Below are positions 42,038 to 56,592 of a DNA stretch of 64,000 nucleotides, one piece after another; position 1 is the first letter of the stretch; each line of letters opens with the position of its first letter. Both the position numbers and the translations under genes were made by a program. Location of the stretch: NCBI RefSeq assembly GCF_009914755.1, contig NC_060929.1. The stretch is one strand, 5' to 3'. Below the pieces are notes generated by a model that searched no databases, had not been told where the DNA came from, and saw only the letters and a program-made list of their open reading frames with translations. This DNA is from the human T2T-CHM13v2.0 reference genome, Homo sapiens.

Positions 42038-43832
42038 CAACCTGAAAAAGGCCAGGACCACATGGATTCACAGCCAAATACTACCAGATGTATAAAGAAG
42101 AGCTGGTAACATTTCTACTAAAACTATTCCAAAAAGTTGAATAGGGGGGACTCCCTAATTCATTCTATAAGGCCAGCATTATTCTTATACCAAAATCTTG
42201 GAGAGACACAACAAAAAAAGAAAACTTCAGACCAATGTCCTTGATGAACATAGATGCTAAAATTCTCAACAAGAAGCTAGCAAACCTAATCCAGCATCAC
42301 ATCATAATGCTAACCACCTAATAATCAAGGAGGCTTTATTTCTGGGATGCAAGTTTGGTTCAACACACACAAATCAAAAAATGTGATTCATCAACATAAA
42401 CAGAACTAAAAACAAAAAGTACATGATCATCTCAATAGATGCCGAAAAGATTTTGGTTAAAATTCAACATTGCTTCATGTTAACACTCTCAGCAAACTAG
42501 GCATTGAAGCAACATGCTTCAAAATAATAAGAACCATCTATGACAAACCCACACCCAACATCATATTGAATGGGCAAAAGCTGGAAGCATTCCTCTTGAA
42601 AGTTGGAACCAGATAAGGATGCCCTCTATCACCATTTCTATTCAATATAATACTGGAAGTCCTGACCAGAGCCCTCAGGCAAGAGAAAGAAATAGAAGGC
42701 ATCCAAATAGGAAGAGATGAACGCAAACAATTCCAGTTTGCAGACAATATGATTCCATACCTAAAAATCCCCATAGTCTCTGCCCAAAAGCTCCTCGATC
42801 TGGTAAACTGCTTCAGCAATGTTTCCAGATACAAAATCACTGTACCAAAATCAGTAGCATTCCTATACACCAACAATATCCAATCTGAGAACCAAATCAA
42901 GAACATAATCCCATTCATAATAGCCACAAAAAGAACAAAATAACTGGAAATACAACTAACCAGGAGGTGAAAGTTATCTATAACTAGAATTTTAAAACAC
43001 TGCTGAAAGAAATCAGAGAAGACACAAATAAACGGAAAAACATTCCATGCTTATGGATAGGAAGAATCAATATTGTTAAAATGGCCATACTGCCAAAAGC
43101 AATTTATAGATTCAATGCTGTGCCTGTTAAACTACCAATGACCTTCTTCACAAAAATAGAAGAAATGATTTTAAAATTCATATTAACAAAAAAAAGAACT
43201 CATATAGCAAAGGCAACCCTAAGCACAAAGTTGGAAGCATCACATTACCTGCCTTCAAACTATATTACAAATTTACAGTAACCAACACAGCAAGATACTG
43301 GTACAAAAACAGACACCTAGACCAATGGAACAGAACAGAAAGTCAAAATACTGCTGCACACCTACAACCATCTGACTTTGAAGAAAGTTAACAAAAATAA
43401 GCAATTGATAAAGGACTCTCTATTCAATCAAGGATGCTGGAATAACTGGATAGCCATACACAGAAGACTGAAATTGGATCCCTTCTTCACACCATATACA
43501 AAAATCAACTCGAGATGGATTAAAGATTTTATAAAACCTAAAACTATAAAAAACCTGGAAGATAACCTAGGAAATTCCATTCTGGTCACAGACCCTGGCA
43601 AAGATTTCATGATAAAAATGCCAAAAGCAATTGCAAAAAAAAGCAAAAATTAGTAAATGATATCTAATTAAACTAAAGAGCTTCTGCACAGAAAAAGAAA
43701 GTATTAACAGAGTAAACAGACAATCTGTGGAATAAGAGAAAATATTTGCAAGCTATGCATCTGACAAAGGCCTAATAATCAAAATCTATAAAAAACTTAA
43801 ATCAACGAGCAAAAATCAAGCAATCCCATTAA

Positions 43833-44118
<286 letters not shown>

Positions 44119-45469
44119 TGAAAAAATGCTCATCATCACCAATCATTAGAGAAATGCAAATCAAAACCACGAAATACCATCTCACGTCAGTGATAACAGC
44201 TACTTTTAAAAAGTCAAAAAATAACAGATGCTGATGAGGTTGTGGAGAAAAGGGAACTCTTATTCATTGTTGATGAAAATGTAAACTAGTTCAGCCCTTG
44301 TGGAAAGCAGCGTGGCAACTTCTCAAAGAACTCAAACCAGTATTACTATTTGACTCAGAAATCCCATTATTGGTTATATATCCCCCAAAATATAAATTGC
44401 TCTACCATATAGATACATGCATGCATATGTTCATTGCAGCACTATTCACAATAGCAAAGACATGGAAACAACATGAATGTCCATCAATGGTAAAATGAAT
44501 AAAGGAAACATGGTACACATACACCATGGAATATTACACAGCCATAAAAAAGAACAAGATCATGTCTTTTGCAGCAACATGGATGGAGCTGGAGGTCATA
44601 ATCCTAAGTGAACTAACAGGAACAGAAAAATAAATACCGCATGTTATCACTATAAATGCGAGCTAATTATTGAGTGCACATGGACAACAAACAAGGGAAA
44701 CACAGGCATTAGGGCCTACTTGAAGGTGGAGGTTACTATGATTATTACCTGAGTGGTGAAATAATCTGTACACCAAAGCCCCATGACACACAATTTACCT
44801 ATATAACAAACCTGCATATGTATCCCTGAAGCTAAAATAAAAGTTTTAAAAAATAGTAAAAGCTAGAGCAAAGCAAAAACTTTTAGTTCAACATATTCCC
44901 TATATTTCAAATGTCAAAGCCAGAAGCTAATTTGTGATACTCCTGAAGGATGTTTAATGCTGGAAAAGATTCAGGCTAAGTTAGAAGTTGTTTCCTTCTT
45001 AAATTTATAAGCTCTCATCATATATATTTTTAAAGTAATGAGATCTCAAGAAAAAGAACAACAGAAGACGATAGAGAAGGGAAGAAACTCTAATCCTCTC
45101 AGTGAACATGGACTCCATTGCAAGTGTGAGTAGACAGATGTAAAATATTGTTCTTTCAGTTGTTATCAATTCCAATGTACTTCTCTCACTGTAAGAAACT
45201 TATCAGGATGAGTATTGAAAGATATAAAGTTGCAAAAAGCAGCTACGTATTTAATGGGCAAAACAAAACAGTGATCTGTTCAAACCTAGAGTCAAAAATG
45301 TTTTTGTTAAACTCTGCTGCAATTTGTGACGGAATTGAAGAATTTTTCAAAGTAATTTTCATTGTATTTGAATTGTACCTTCCCCATTTTGGAATTTAAA
45401 TCACGTGTAAAATATGATTTCACTAATTTTATGAAATAATTTTTAAAACTAACTTCCTAACTAATCTCT

Positions 45470-46020
45470 TCTGGTTCTAGCCTTGGCCTTTTCCAACTGA
45501 ACGTTTAAGAGCTACTAAAGTGATATTTCTAAAATGAAAATCTGATCTTCTGTCTCCCCTGATTAAAATATTTCCAGTGAACCTGTATTACATAGAGCAA
45601 ATGCCAAGTTATTTAGTTTGGTATAAAAGGTTCTCCTTAATTTGACCCTTAATGTTTATTTTCATTGCATCACACCAACCATTCCAAGATAATGCTTAAT
45701 GCTTCAGCCAAATGAAACACCTTATATCTTTACACCTTCCTTCCTGCCTGCGAAACTGTAATTCATCTTTTAAAACTCACCTCAGGTATTGCCTTGATTA
45801 AGAAGTCTTCCATGAGCCCTAAACCAAATTAAATTGTTCTCTTATCTGTGCTTCCTTTATATTTTGCATGCTTGTAATCTTGCATTTTTTTTATCCTTGT
45901 CCTGTTTACTGGATTGTGAACTTCTTAAAAGTGAACACTATAATGTTTCTTTACTTTTTCAGTGTCTGGTATAATGCTTGATTTATTAAAGGTGCTCTGT
46001 AAATCATTTATAAATGAATC
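45470..46020 (+). mobile_element. L2 3' region remnant
   Basis: ctaaaatgaaaatctgatc, aactcacctcagg, ggattgtgaacttctt, aggtgctc..aaatgaat. Confidence 0.6.
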
Positions 46021-49019
46021 CATAAAGTGTTGCTTCATTAGCATCTCATTATCCTAATGTTTTAAAACTAGGTATTCATATATTTGGAACAAAGGAAATG
46101 TTCTCAATTACATTTCTTATGCATTGAGTTTATTTTCTCCCAGTCTTTGCAAAATGGAGAGTGGCACTGCCAAGATATGACATCGCTGAAACTTACTTTC
46201 CTAGTTAAGGAGAATCTTGCCACAATTTCTGTATCTTTTTATTTAGCTCTAAGAGCCTTTTATCTTGTCTAAATTGTATCCACGTTAATCAAATATAATT
46301 CAAAATTATTATAAAACTTATTAGAATAGAGAACTTTCTCTGCTCACTAAATCATACATATTAACCATACATCCAGAATGAATCGATATCTGGGAAAAAC
46401 ATTGGCTATCAAAGCCTGAATGACAAGGATCAGCGTATCTACTGGTAAATTCTGGGAGGACATGAAATGTGCAATTTTGATTATATATGTCAACTTGTTG
46501 GTGTATAAACCTGAAATTATCCATCTTTCCTGTATAATGTAGCCAACTATGTTGACAAATGCTCTTTTTCCACTAGATAGACTGCTCTTGATGTTATCTC
46601 AGGACAATTTCATTAATTTCAGCTATGAAAACCACAGCATATCAATTATTAAAGTATATTCTTAAGTATTTTTAACATTTACCACATATATGATTAAATA
46701 TCAGTATAATCTCATGTGGCTGGACTTGTTGTCTTACAGGCTTGGTGTAAAGCTGTGTTGTGCTCACTCTCATTTTCCCATCCATCTTAACTTACCTTAG
46801 ACTCAAGTACTGGGATGAGGAGAAGGGAAAGAAGAAACAATACCTATTTGTATGAATGCCCATGGAAAGTTTTCTTTTATCTTCATATTGATCTCACCAT
46901 TGATCTAAACTCACTGGCAGGCACGGAATTATAAGCAACTACTGTAAGCAAAAATTAATATCTTCAAGATCAACTATAAATCTCCCAACCCCACCCCTAA
47001 ACTCCCACTCAAGACACACACCTCAGTCTCACAAAGTATCCCTTTGGTGTGTGTACCTCCTTGCTCTGGTGCTGTGGTGAACCCCAGAAATCCCACTGCT
47101 ATTATGTCACTTGACACTTACGGCCTCAACATGGTGAAATTAACCTTTCATAGCCCTCAAGATGAGGAATTTGAGGGGTAGTTTTTATGTCCTCTTCAAC
47201 TGGCCTATTTTCACATATACTACCCTACGATCATTCCCTAGTGCTTTTTCTCCAGATTCAAGGTGTGAGGCATATGGACAAATCTAGTGACTAAGCAGGC
47301 ATGCAACAGAGAAAAGACCTGTCTTCCATTTTTTCACGTACGCACAAATTTTATGAACAGATCTTTCCCCACCCCATCCCTTTAATTGTGGAGACGAGAA
47401 CCAATAGAGTACCTTTTTCTCTTTCTTAAAAGAGAGAGAAAGGGATGGGTGTTTAATTCCTTGAAGACTGTCCACTCCATAAAGGTGATCTACCTTACCT
47501 TCCAGTCCTACTGCTAATCGCTCATGGTAAAAACAAAACAAAAGAAAACACAGAAGTAATTTTGGCTTATTTTACAACTGAGACATCAACTCACTCCAAA
47601 AATTCAGTCTTCTTTAAAACATCCTTTGAAGAATTTAGTAACTGCTTTTATCAGGCATTTCTGCTGTATTCTCCAGGCACTTTGGTAATCTAAGTAACTC
47701 ACATTATTACAAGACACTTGCATAAAGTAGAAATATTCTAAATAATAAAATGTGATTTTAAATATTCACACTGTACACTGTATGTATATACTCTTTTGGC
47801 AAAGGAGGTACTTTTCCACAACGTTTAAAAGTCCTGTAGCCTTCTAAATTCCTATTGTAATTTGGTTTTGAAAGTAGATGGGTTTATCAACGTGGCTTCA
47901 ATGCAGTAGTTGTGTATCCAGGGAAAAGTAACAATGCTACTGAAAGAGCAGTTAGAATTTATTGCATATTGAATATTCTCACAAATTCCATTACACACAA
48001 AATCTATCAGGGAATTGCGTGAAAAGGAAAACAATTAGTAACTAGAAATGTAATTTTGACAGAATATGAGCCATGTCTCTATTCAAAAGTAGTAACATCA
48101 AGCATGTGTCAGTATTACAGACCTGTTTCAAATCACGAAAGAGACTGAGGAATAGACAGCTATTCACCATTCACCATGATTTACACTAACAAATTAAGTG
48201 CCTAGGAGCTATAGTTTTACAGAAGCTCAGAATGAGGCACAATAACAGATTTATTGTCACTCTTCTAACCTTTAAGTCAGTGCTTGATTACTGAAAGGTC
48301 TGTAGAGCTTTGGAATATGCAAAAAGCACATAGGAAATTTTACAGCAAAAAAAAAATCCATGCATATTTTCAAGGCATAAACAATATTCAGGTCACTCAA
48401 ATTTGAATGAGAACATGTTCATGCATAACACGGCTACAGTAATACAACTGAAATATTTTATATTCAGTAAGTTATTTTATTTTCTTATTTCCTCTGAAAT
48501 TAAATTCTATGTGTTTCCCTGAATCACAGCTCTTAACAGCAAGCCAAGAAACCACTGTCAATATGTTTATTGCTTACGATATTCCAAGAAAAATGGTTAT
48601 GCTGAAAACATACACATTTGGAAGTACTTGTTAGCACTAAATAGAATTTAATAATTAACTGAATAAATAAATCTTCCAAATAAGACTCATAAATCTTCCA
48701 AGTATGCCTGTGGAGTGCTCAGAGTAACCTTTAGTCTGTGTTCCTTTATTACCTCCACGTGGAAGTACCCAACATTACCACCTCCCAAATGCTAACCTCA
48801 AAAATTCACAGCAGGTCACACAGAAATGGCAAAGCACCACACATGGATTATATATTACACTTTTCTCAAAGTCTGAAGTCATGGACATTCCATGATTTTT
48901 ACAAAATTCTTAGAAATACCTTGAAAATAATATAAACCCTATGTTCAATCTCCCAGAGGAAAATTTTATTACAATATTTGCAATCATGGTTCTAATATAG
49001 TTCTCTTGAAAAACAAACT

Positions 49020-51390
49020 TTATTGGAGTATATGTTACTTCCTATTTGATTTCCCCCTTAGCTCCATCAGTTTTTGATTTATAGTTCCTGAAGTTATTAT
49101 TTTAGAATCTTTATATCTTCCTAAGAAATTGTTCCTTTTATCGTTATGAAATGTGATACTTTATCAAATATCTTAATATACTTTCTCTGATAGTAATACA
49201 GCCATAGTATAGTGCATATTAATCCCAGCGTTTATTTGTTGATTTTCTATTTGGAATATTCTTTCATTGCCAAAAGTGGGGTGTTGAAGTATCCAGCTAT
49301 TATTGTATTGGAGACTATCTCTCTCTTTGACTCTAAGAATATTTGCTTTATATATCTGGGTGCTCCGGTGTTGGGTCCTTGTGGCTTAAGCTGTCTTTCA
49401 AATTTATTTTGAGCCCCAGAGCAACTTAGCCCACAGTGACATGGCTTACAGGAACTCAAGTTCCAACCACTGGAATTGGCAATTTTTTTTCTGGCCAGAG
49501 CTGGCTTAAATGCTCCTTCCATAGGTGGGTGTCAGCTGAGTTTGGTCTGGTTTTTCTTTCTGCAATAAAAGGGCAGCACTGAGTTCAATGCCTCACAATT
49601 GCTGTGCTCTCCCTCCCCCAATGCCCAGAGATGCTCTCTGCACCATGCTGCCACTGCTGGGGGGTAGGAGAGGGATGGCATCAGTGATTCAAGACTGTTT
49701 GCTGCTCTATCTCTTTGTGCCTCTTTAAGTGATACAGAGTTAAAACAAGGTACTGGGAATGCTCACCTGATGTTTGGTACTTAATAAGGAATTTTTCTGT
49801 GTAAATAGTTGTTCAATTGGTGCCCGTGTTGGGGGTACAGTTAGTGGAGCCTTCTATTCTGTCATCTTGTTCCTGGATTTGCTGTCATTTGTATGGGGCT
49901 TTGTGATTTTATGCTCTTTATTTCCCTTGAGGGCTTAACTGATTTAAGTTGGGTATAATCTGTTGGCTTCATTTTTGGATGCTTTCAGAGGGCTGTGTCT
50001 CTGTACAAGATATTTATTCATGGTTAGATTCTTGCCCTGGATTTCACCAGCAGTGTATATTGAAAGAATATTTTTGATGTTGTAATTTGGGCTGTGATCA
50101 GTAGATATGCCTAAGAGCAATGACCAGCAGTTAGGCTCTTACTCAGCCATGGGGCTTTTTTGTATTTCAGGGCATTCCAGCAGTGCTTTCTTCTTTAGGA
50201 GCTGTTAAGCTGCAGAACTATTCCTGTTCTCCTACTCCTGCAGGGTTACCAGCTTCCTTTTTCTGCAGCGTCAATATCTGCATCACCTCTCTATCGACTC
50301 TCAGTGTTTTAGTTACATTTTCCTTTTAGACTTTTTGTTATAATTTTCATTGCTACCCTGAGGCTCCATCTATTCACTCTATGGCCATTTTTTTCTTACT
50401 CACTGAACATATTTATAATAGTTGTGTTAAAGTTTTTTAGCTAATTTCAAAATCTGGGCATCTCAGAGTCTGTTTTTAACTGTTTTTCTGCTCACATGTT
50501 CATCCCATTTTTGTTTCTTGGAATATCTGTCAACTTTTATTATATAATGAACATCATGAATTATGTATGCTAAAGACTCTGGATACCTTTGTCTTCCTCT
50601 GAATATACTGTATTTTTGTCATAATAGGCAGCATAATTGCTGGTGGAGTTTCTATAGGTTTGTGTAGTGTTGGTTTATGTTCTATTAGAGCAGATCTGTA
50701 GCAAGCTCAAGATATCTTTCAATACCGTTTATTTCATGGGACTCAAGTTCCAAATTCTGACTACACTATGGCTGTTTACACAGTTTAGGTTTATGCTTTC
50801 TAAAGAAAAATCTAGTTTAGACATTACTCTAGGAAGCAATCTTAATGCCTAAGTCATGGCTTTTCTTGTTTCTCAACTGTATACCTAGCTGAATAGATCA
50901 TCTCTCCACTCAGACTGTACCACAATTACAATGTCCCATAGTACTGCACAACCTCAGGAAATTCTTGTCCATTCTCAACTCTGTAGCAACTGCTCTCAGA
51001 CAATCCTTGTGCAGTCTGGCCCTCTATTTGTGCTGCCCAGTGTACAAGTATGGACTTGCATAGGGCTCCCCCCAGTGGTCTATATGCATACCCCCAACAC
51101 ACATCTCTTTGATCTCTGGTGCCCTGCCCCCAGAGAGTCCTACTGATGCAAATTTCCCAAAACTCTATTCCTTCAGCTCACCAGGACCATCTGTCCTCAG
51201 GCAGAGAGGAACCCTCAGGAGTTCCTATTGTCAACACCCCAAAATAGTTGTTCAAGATATATATTTTTTTGTTTTGTGGTTGTCTATTGTAATGGGACTT
51301 ATCTGGTACCAATTCCTTTATAGCTGGCTGGCAAACTTCTCATGTGTAGAGATCTCCATATCCCTGAATCGACCATACATCCAATGAGTT
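49020..51390 (-). mobile_element. Mosaic of old L1M fragments (ORF2 endonuclease piece fused to an L1M 5'UTR, plus older L1M sequence)
   Basis: Minus ORF contains PNTGAPRYIKQ...NTIIAGYFNTPL (L1 EN); 49376-49870 ends ggagccttctattctgtcatcttg (antisense L1M 5' end). Outer boundaries approximate. Confidence 0.65.
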
Positions 51391-52207
51391 TTAGGATTTT
51401 AAATACTGTCTTTAATTTACTCATACAAAAAAGTTGTGCCATGTTCATAAAAAAGATTGTTGTTGTGAATCTCATTCCACAATCCTGGGTAATCATTTAA
51501 AGGCATCAACAATTTGGGAGAAAAAAACTGTATGAGAGCCCTCAGTGTCACAGTTAAGTAAGTTAATTAAATAGCTATCAGAGAGACTACCTGTTCTCAG
51601 CCCATGTATTATTTATGTAAGAAATTTAACAGGAGCTAAGTGAAAAAGTAAAGAAATATAATAATTCATTTTTTTTAATTTGAGATTTTGGGTTGTTTCT
51701 TAAAGAAATGTAGAAATGGGATTCCCATCTCTTCATCTACAATCTGATTAGATTAAGTCAGTAGAAGACTTTTATATATATAAGATGGTGGACACATAAA
51801 TTTCAAGGGAAAAAAAAGACAGTCAACAATTTCCTGGAGCTTCTGACTCACGGTGGAAAGAAGATCTCCTGCAAGGGAGCTAATATATCCTACTTACAGT
51901 GTTATTTTATTTGCTTTTTGTTTATTTGTTTGTTTTTCACATGATGTTCTTTGTTTGTGAATTGGTGTTGAAGAAGAGATAGTGAAGAAAGATATTCTGT
52001 AGTATTCTAAGATACTTAGGGATAAAATCATAGGTTTTCCTTCCTGTTGATTGCAACCAGGGTATGTCAAATTGACTACCTGGTTACAAGAGAAAACTGA
52101 AGTGATGAATAACAATTATGACAGGAAAATTTTGTTATAAAGTATTTTTATCATTTTATTATCAATTTTGAGGTTTTTAATAAATGATAAATGAAAATAC
52201 ATAGAAA

Positions 52208-53696
52208 TGTATTAGTTCATTTTCATGCTGCTGATAAAGAGAATGGGAAGAAAAAGAGGTTTAATTGGACTTATCGTTCCACATGGCTGGGGAGGCCTCA
52301 GAATCATGGCAGGAGATGAAAGGCACTTCTTACATGGTGGTGGCAAGAGAAAAATGTGGAAGAAACAAAAGCGGAAACCCATGATAAACCCGTCAGATCA
52401 CATGAGACTTACTCACTATCACTATTATGAGAGCCCCACCTCTGCAACAAACTTTTGCCTGGACCTCCAGGCATTTCCATACATCTTCTGAAATCTAGGC
52501 AGAGGTTCCCAAACTTCTGTGGTGACTTCTGTGCACCCACAGGCTCAACACCATGTGGAAGCTGCCAAGGCTTGGAGCTTCCACCCTTTGAAGCCATAGC
52601 CCAAGCTCTATGTTAGCCCCTTTCAGCCATGGTTGGAGCAGCTGGGACACAGGGCACCAAGTCGCTAGGCTGCACACAGGATGGGGACCCTGGGCCTGGC
52701 CCGTGAAACCCCTTGTTCTCCTGCGTCTCTGGGCTTGTGATGGGAGGGGCTGCCATGAAGGTCTCTGACATAGGCTGGAGACATTTTCCCCCTGATTTTG
52801 GGGTTAACATTAGGCTCCTCACTATATATGCAACTTTCTGCAGCCAGCTTGAATTTCTCCTCAAAAAATTGGTTTTCCTTTTCTACTGCATCATCAGGCT
52901 GCAAATTTTCTGAACATTTATGCTCTGTTCCCCTTTTAAAATGGAATGCTTTTAACAGCACTCAAGTCACCTCTTGAATGCTTTGCTGAATTTCTTCTGC
53001 TAGATACCCTACATCATCTCTCTCAAGTTCAAAGTTCCACAAATCTCTAGGGCAGGGGCAAAATGCTGCCAGTCTCTTTGCTAAAACATAACAACAGTCA
53101 CCTTTGCTCCAGTTCCCAACAAGTTCCTCATCTCCATCTGAGACCACCTCAGCCTGGACTTTATTGTTCATATTACTATCAGCATTTTTGTCAAAGCCAT
53201 TCAACAAATCTCTACGAATTTCCAAACTTTCCCACATTTTCCTGTCTCCAAACTGTTCCAACCTCTGCCTGTTACCCAGTTCCAAAGTCACCTCCACATT
53301 TGCAGGTATATTTTCAGCAACGCCCTACTCTACTGGTAGCAATTTACTGTATTAGTCCATTTTCACACTGCTGATAAAGACATACCCAAGGCTGGGAAGA
53401 AAAAGAGATTTAACTGGACTTACAGTTCCACATGGCTGGGGAGGCCTCAGAATCATGGCAGGAGGAGAAAGGCACTTCTTCCATGGTGGTGGCAAGAGAA
53501 AAATGAGGAAGAAGCAAAAACCCCTGATAAATGCATCAGATCTCATGAGACTTATTCACTATCATGAGAATAGCACAGGAAAGACTGGACCCCATAATTC
53601 AATTACCTCTCCCTGGGTCCCTCCCACCACACATGGGAATTCTGGGAGACACAATTCAATTTGATATTTGAATGGGGACACAGCCTAACCATATCA
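52208..53696 (-). mobile_element. Internally deleted THE1 (THE1A-like) provirus: partial LTR 52208-52430, internal region, LTR 53349-53696
   Basis: Two similar LTRs starting tgtattagt(t/c)catttt, THE1-int sequence between them, terminus aaccatatca. Confidence 0.92.
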
Positions 53697-56044
53697 GAAA
53701 AGTCATATGTAAATCACCAGTAATTGCAAAGGATGAGTAGACTATGACCTCTTCATCTTTGTAACTTCCAGAACTCCCTGGTGTCTGGAAGATAACTCAG
53801 TATAATATATGGGAAAATGCATTGAATTAGAAACTAATTAAAAGTAAATTGAGCTCTATATGATATGTAAATAAAATTATTGCTTCAAGTATTTTAGTCT
53901 AGAAAGTTGACAGAAATGCCTGACTCCAGCATTATTAACTTCAATCTCAAGTTCTCTTTGAAAAAAGCAGTATCCCCATCTTCTAGTAATCTATATAACT
54001 TTATCTCCCTTATAACTTATTAACTTATTTTTAATACCTAACTGGTATTTCTCACATATCATTTTATTTTTGTATCTTTGATACTAACCATAGTGTTTAG
54101 ATTAGAACAAGTTTTTGATAAACTGTTGTTGAACATAAATGCATGGTTTCCTCATCCTATCCCTGCTACAGTCCTGAGAAAATGCTGTCTTTTTTTTCAT
54201 GATGTGCTTGAGAATATAGACCTTGAACAAATTAGAAAGTTTATAACTGGTTATAACTTATGTAAGCATTTAATTTTGAAACCATTTTAGAAGTAAGATA
54301 AGAAGTATTGGTTGTGATTATTTTGAATGTCAAGGCTTACCCTCTTCAGTCTCACATAAGCAATGAGACTTCTTATTGTATTCCAGACAGAATAAGGGTG
54401 TTTATGGTCGGGGGAAGAATCCAACACTACCTAAAGTGTTGAAGATTTTTAAGACAATTCAAAAGAAACTCCAATTCAGCACTGGCGTTTCTTTTGTAAT
54501 ATGTAATGATAAATGATAATTATCATTACATATTGAAAAAATGTGTATCTCACACTGAAGATTTAATGAAATGTCAGCAGGAAAAGGCTCTGCTTTTAGT
54601 AATACCCCAAAAAGATTTTCTAACTATGAACATTCTTTACTTTAAGATATTTCCTGGCAAAAATTGTTTATCATATACAAATACATATGAATAATTTGTG
54701 TGTACCACAAAATGCAAATACTTTCAAAAGAAATTTTATTAAGTATATATCATTTTTGGAAGACTCTAGTGAACTATAAATCATAACATACTTCACTCAA
54801 CAGAACTATAAAAGTAAACTGACTATCAACTCCATAATTCAAAAATGTATTTATGAGACTAATACTGTTTTTTCTCCAAGATTTTTCATGTCTGCTTTGG
54901 TGTGTTTGTGTGCACATACATATGCATACACATTTACCCTAAACAGTTTTTTTAGGTCCATGATCAACTTCCTCAATGCTTCCACTAATAAAAATACCAG
55001 AGTATATCACAATAAATAAATAAATAAAAATAGATATAGCATTGAACAGAAAACTAAGGTGATTTGGCTTATTAACATGGATTAGTATTCTCATGATTTT
55101 CTTTTAAGAACACTTGTATATTTGCATCTCTGTGTCTCACCTCCTTAAGGGGGCAAGAAGGAGGAAAGAAGAAAACTACTTTCGATATATTTCTGGAAAA
55201 AATGTGCTCGATGCTAAAAAGGAAAAGTTAAATAATGAATAAGTTACAATGTAAATACACAGAATCTAGTAACAATGAATTTACAACGTCTTACCTCTTA
55301 AAAGTTCAGAGAAGCTGCAACTCAAAGGATCAGACACTTCAATTTAAAATTTAGAAGTTTGTAGCCAAGGATCTTGAATCAAAAGATAATGTGACATAAA
55401 TTCATAAAGAAGGGTAAGGAAAAAAGTATGAAATAACCAGAAGTCCTGGTGCAAAGGGATGAGAATTAGAACTATAGATACTACAGATAGGCTCTATAGA
55501 GTAGATACTCAACAGATATTTATTGGATGAATAAAGGAGTGAATGTATCAGTTTCAAAAATCTGTTTCCTATGTAATAAATCACAGCAAACCTTTACAGG
55601 TAAAAACAATGATATTATATTTTCATGATTTTGTGGATTTATTGAGGTCATTTCCCATTGTCTGAGGCCAACTCAGTTTTCCTACACATTCATTCTTACT
55701 TTCTCTCTCTCTCCCCCAGCCACCATCTCTCTCTTCCTCAATCTCTGTATACTCTTTCCCTCCTCCACATGGTTTCTCTTTACTCTCCTCCTTCCCACCC
55801 TGCCCCAGGCCCTTCCATGTGATCTCTCTCTGCAGCAGGGTAGCTGAACTTCCTTAGAGTACTGAAGTTTAAATCATGAAATTATAGTTTGTATGGAGGT
55901 TAATAAACTATATCTAAAAATACATTGTATTTTCTAAAAGAAAGGCACTATACCAATATATTTCATCATGATATGGTAAGACCTATGAATGATACCTTTT
56001 TCTTATATTCTGACCCATTAAAATTAATTGAAATACCTATATTT

Positions 56045-56592
56045 TAAAGTATCATATGTAACCATACATTCCATTTTAGCTATTTTAAGTGTGCAATTCA
56101 GTGGCTTTAATAACATTCACAATGTTGTGCAACCACTGACACATCTATTTCCAAAACTTTTCATTACCCCAGACAGAAACTCTGTGCATTAAGCAATGAC
56201 TTTACATTGCTCCTATCCTCAGACCCTGGCCACCTCTAGTATACCTACTTTCTCTCTCTATGACTTTGCCTATTCTGGATATTTCATATAAATGAAATCA
56301 CACAATCTTTGTCATTTTGTGTCTGGCTTATTACTCAGTGCTTTCAAGGTTTATCCATGTTGCAGCATGTGTCAGCAATTTATTCCTTTTTATGGCTAGT
56401 AACATTTCATCACGTGTACGTACCACATTGTGTTTATCCATTCACTTGGATTGTTTCCACCTATTATAAATAATGCTGCAATTAACTTTGGCATACACAT
56501 ACCTGTTTGAGTCCCTGCTTTTATTTCTTTTGAATATATACCTAGAAGTAGATTTGCTGTGTCATATGGTAATTCCATGTTTAACTTTGTGA
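56045..56592 (-). mobile_element. L1MB-type 3' end
   Basis: ttttaagtgtgcaattcagtgg..cattcacaatgttgtgcaacc; minus ORF ELPYDTANLLLGIY..LIAALFII. Confidence 0.8.

Noticed and set aside
46360-46515. Possible minus-strand exon (ttcag acceptor, open frames)
   Set aside because: Weak polypyrimidine tract and donor; no recognisable protein in any frame.
52613-53374. Several ~100-aa ORFs
   Set aside because: THE1 internal-region remnants.
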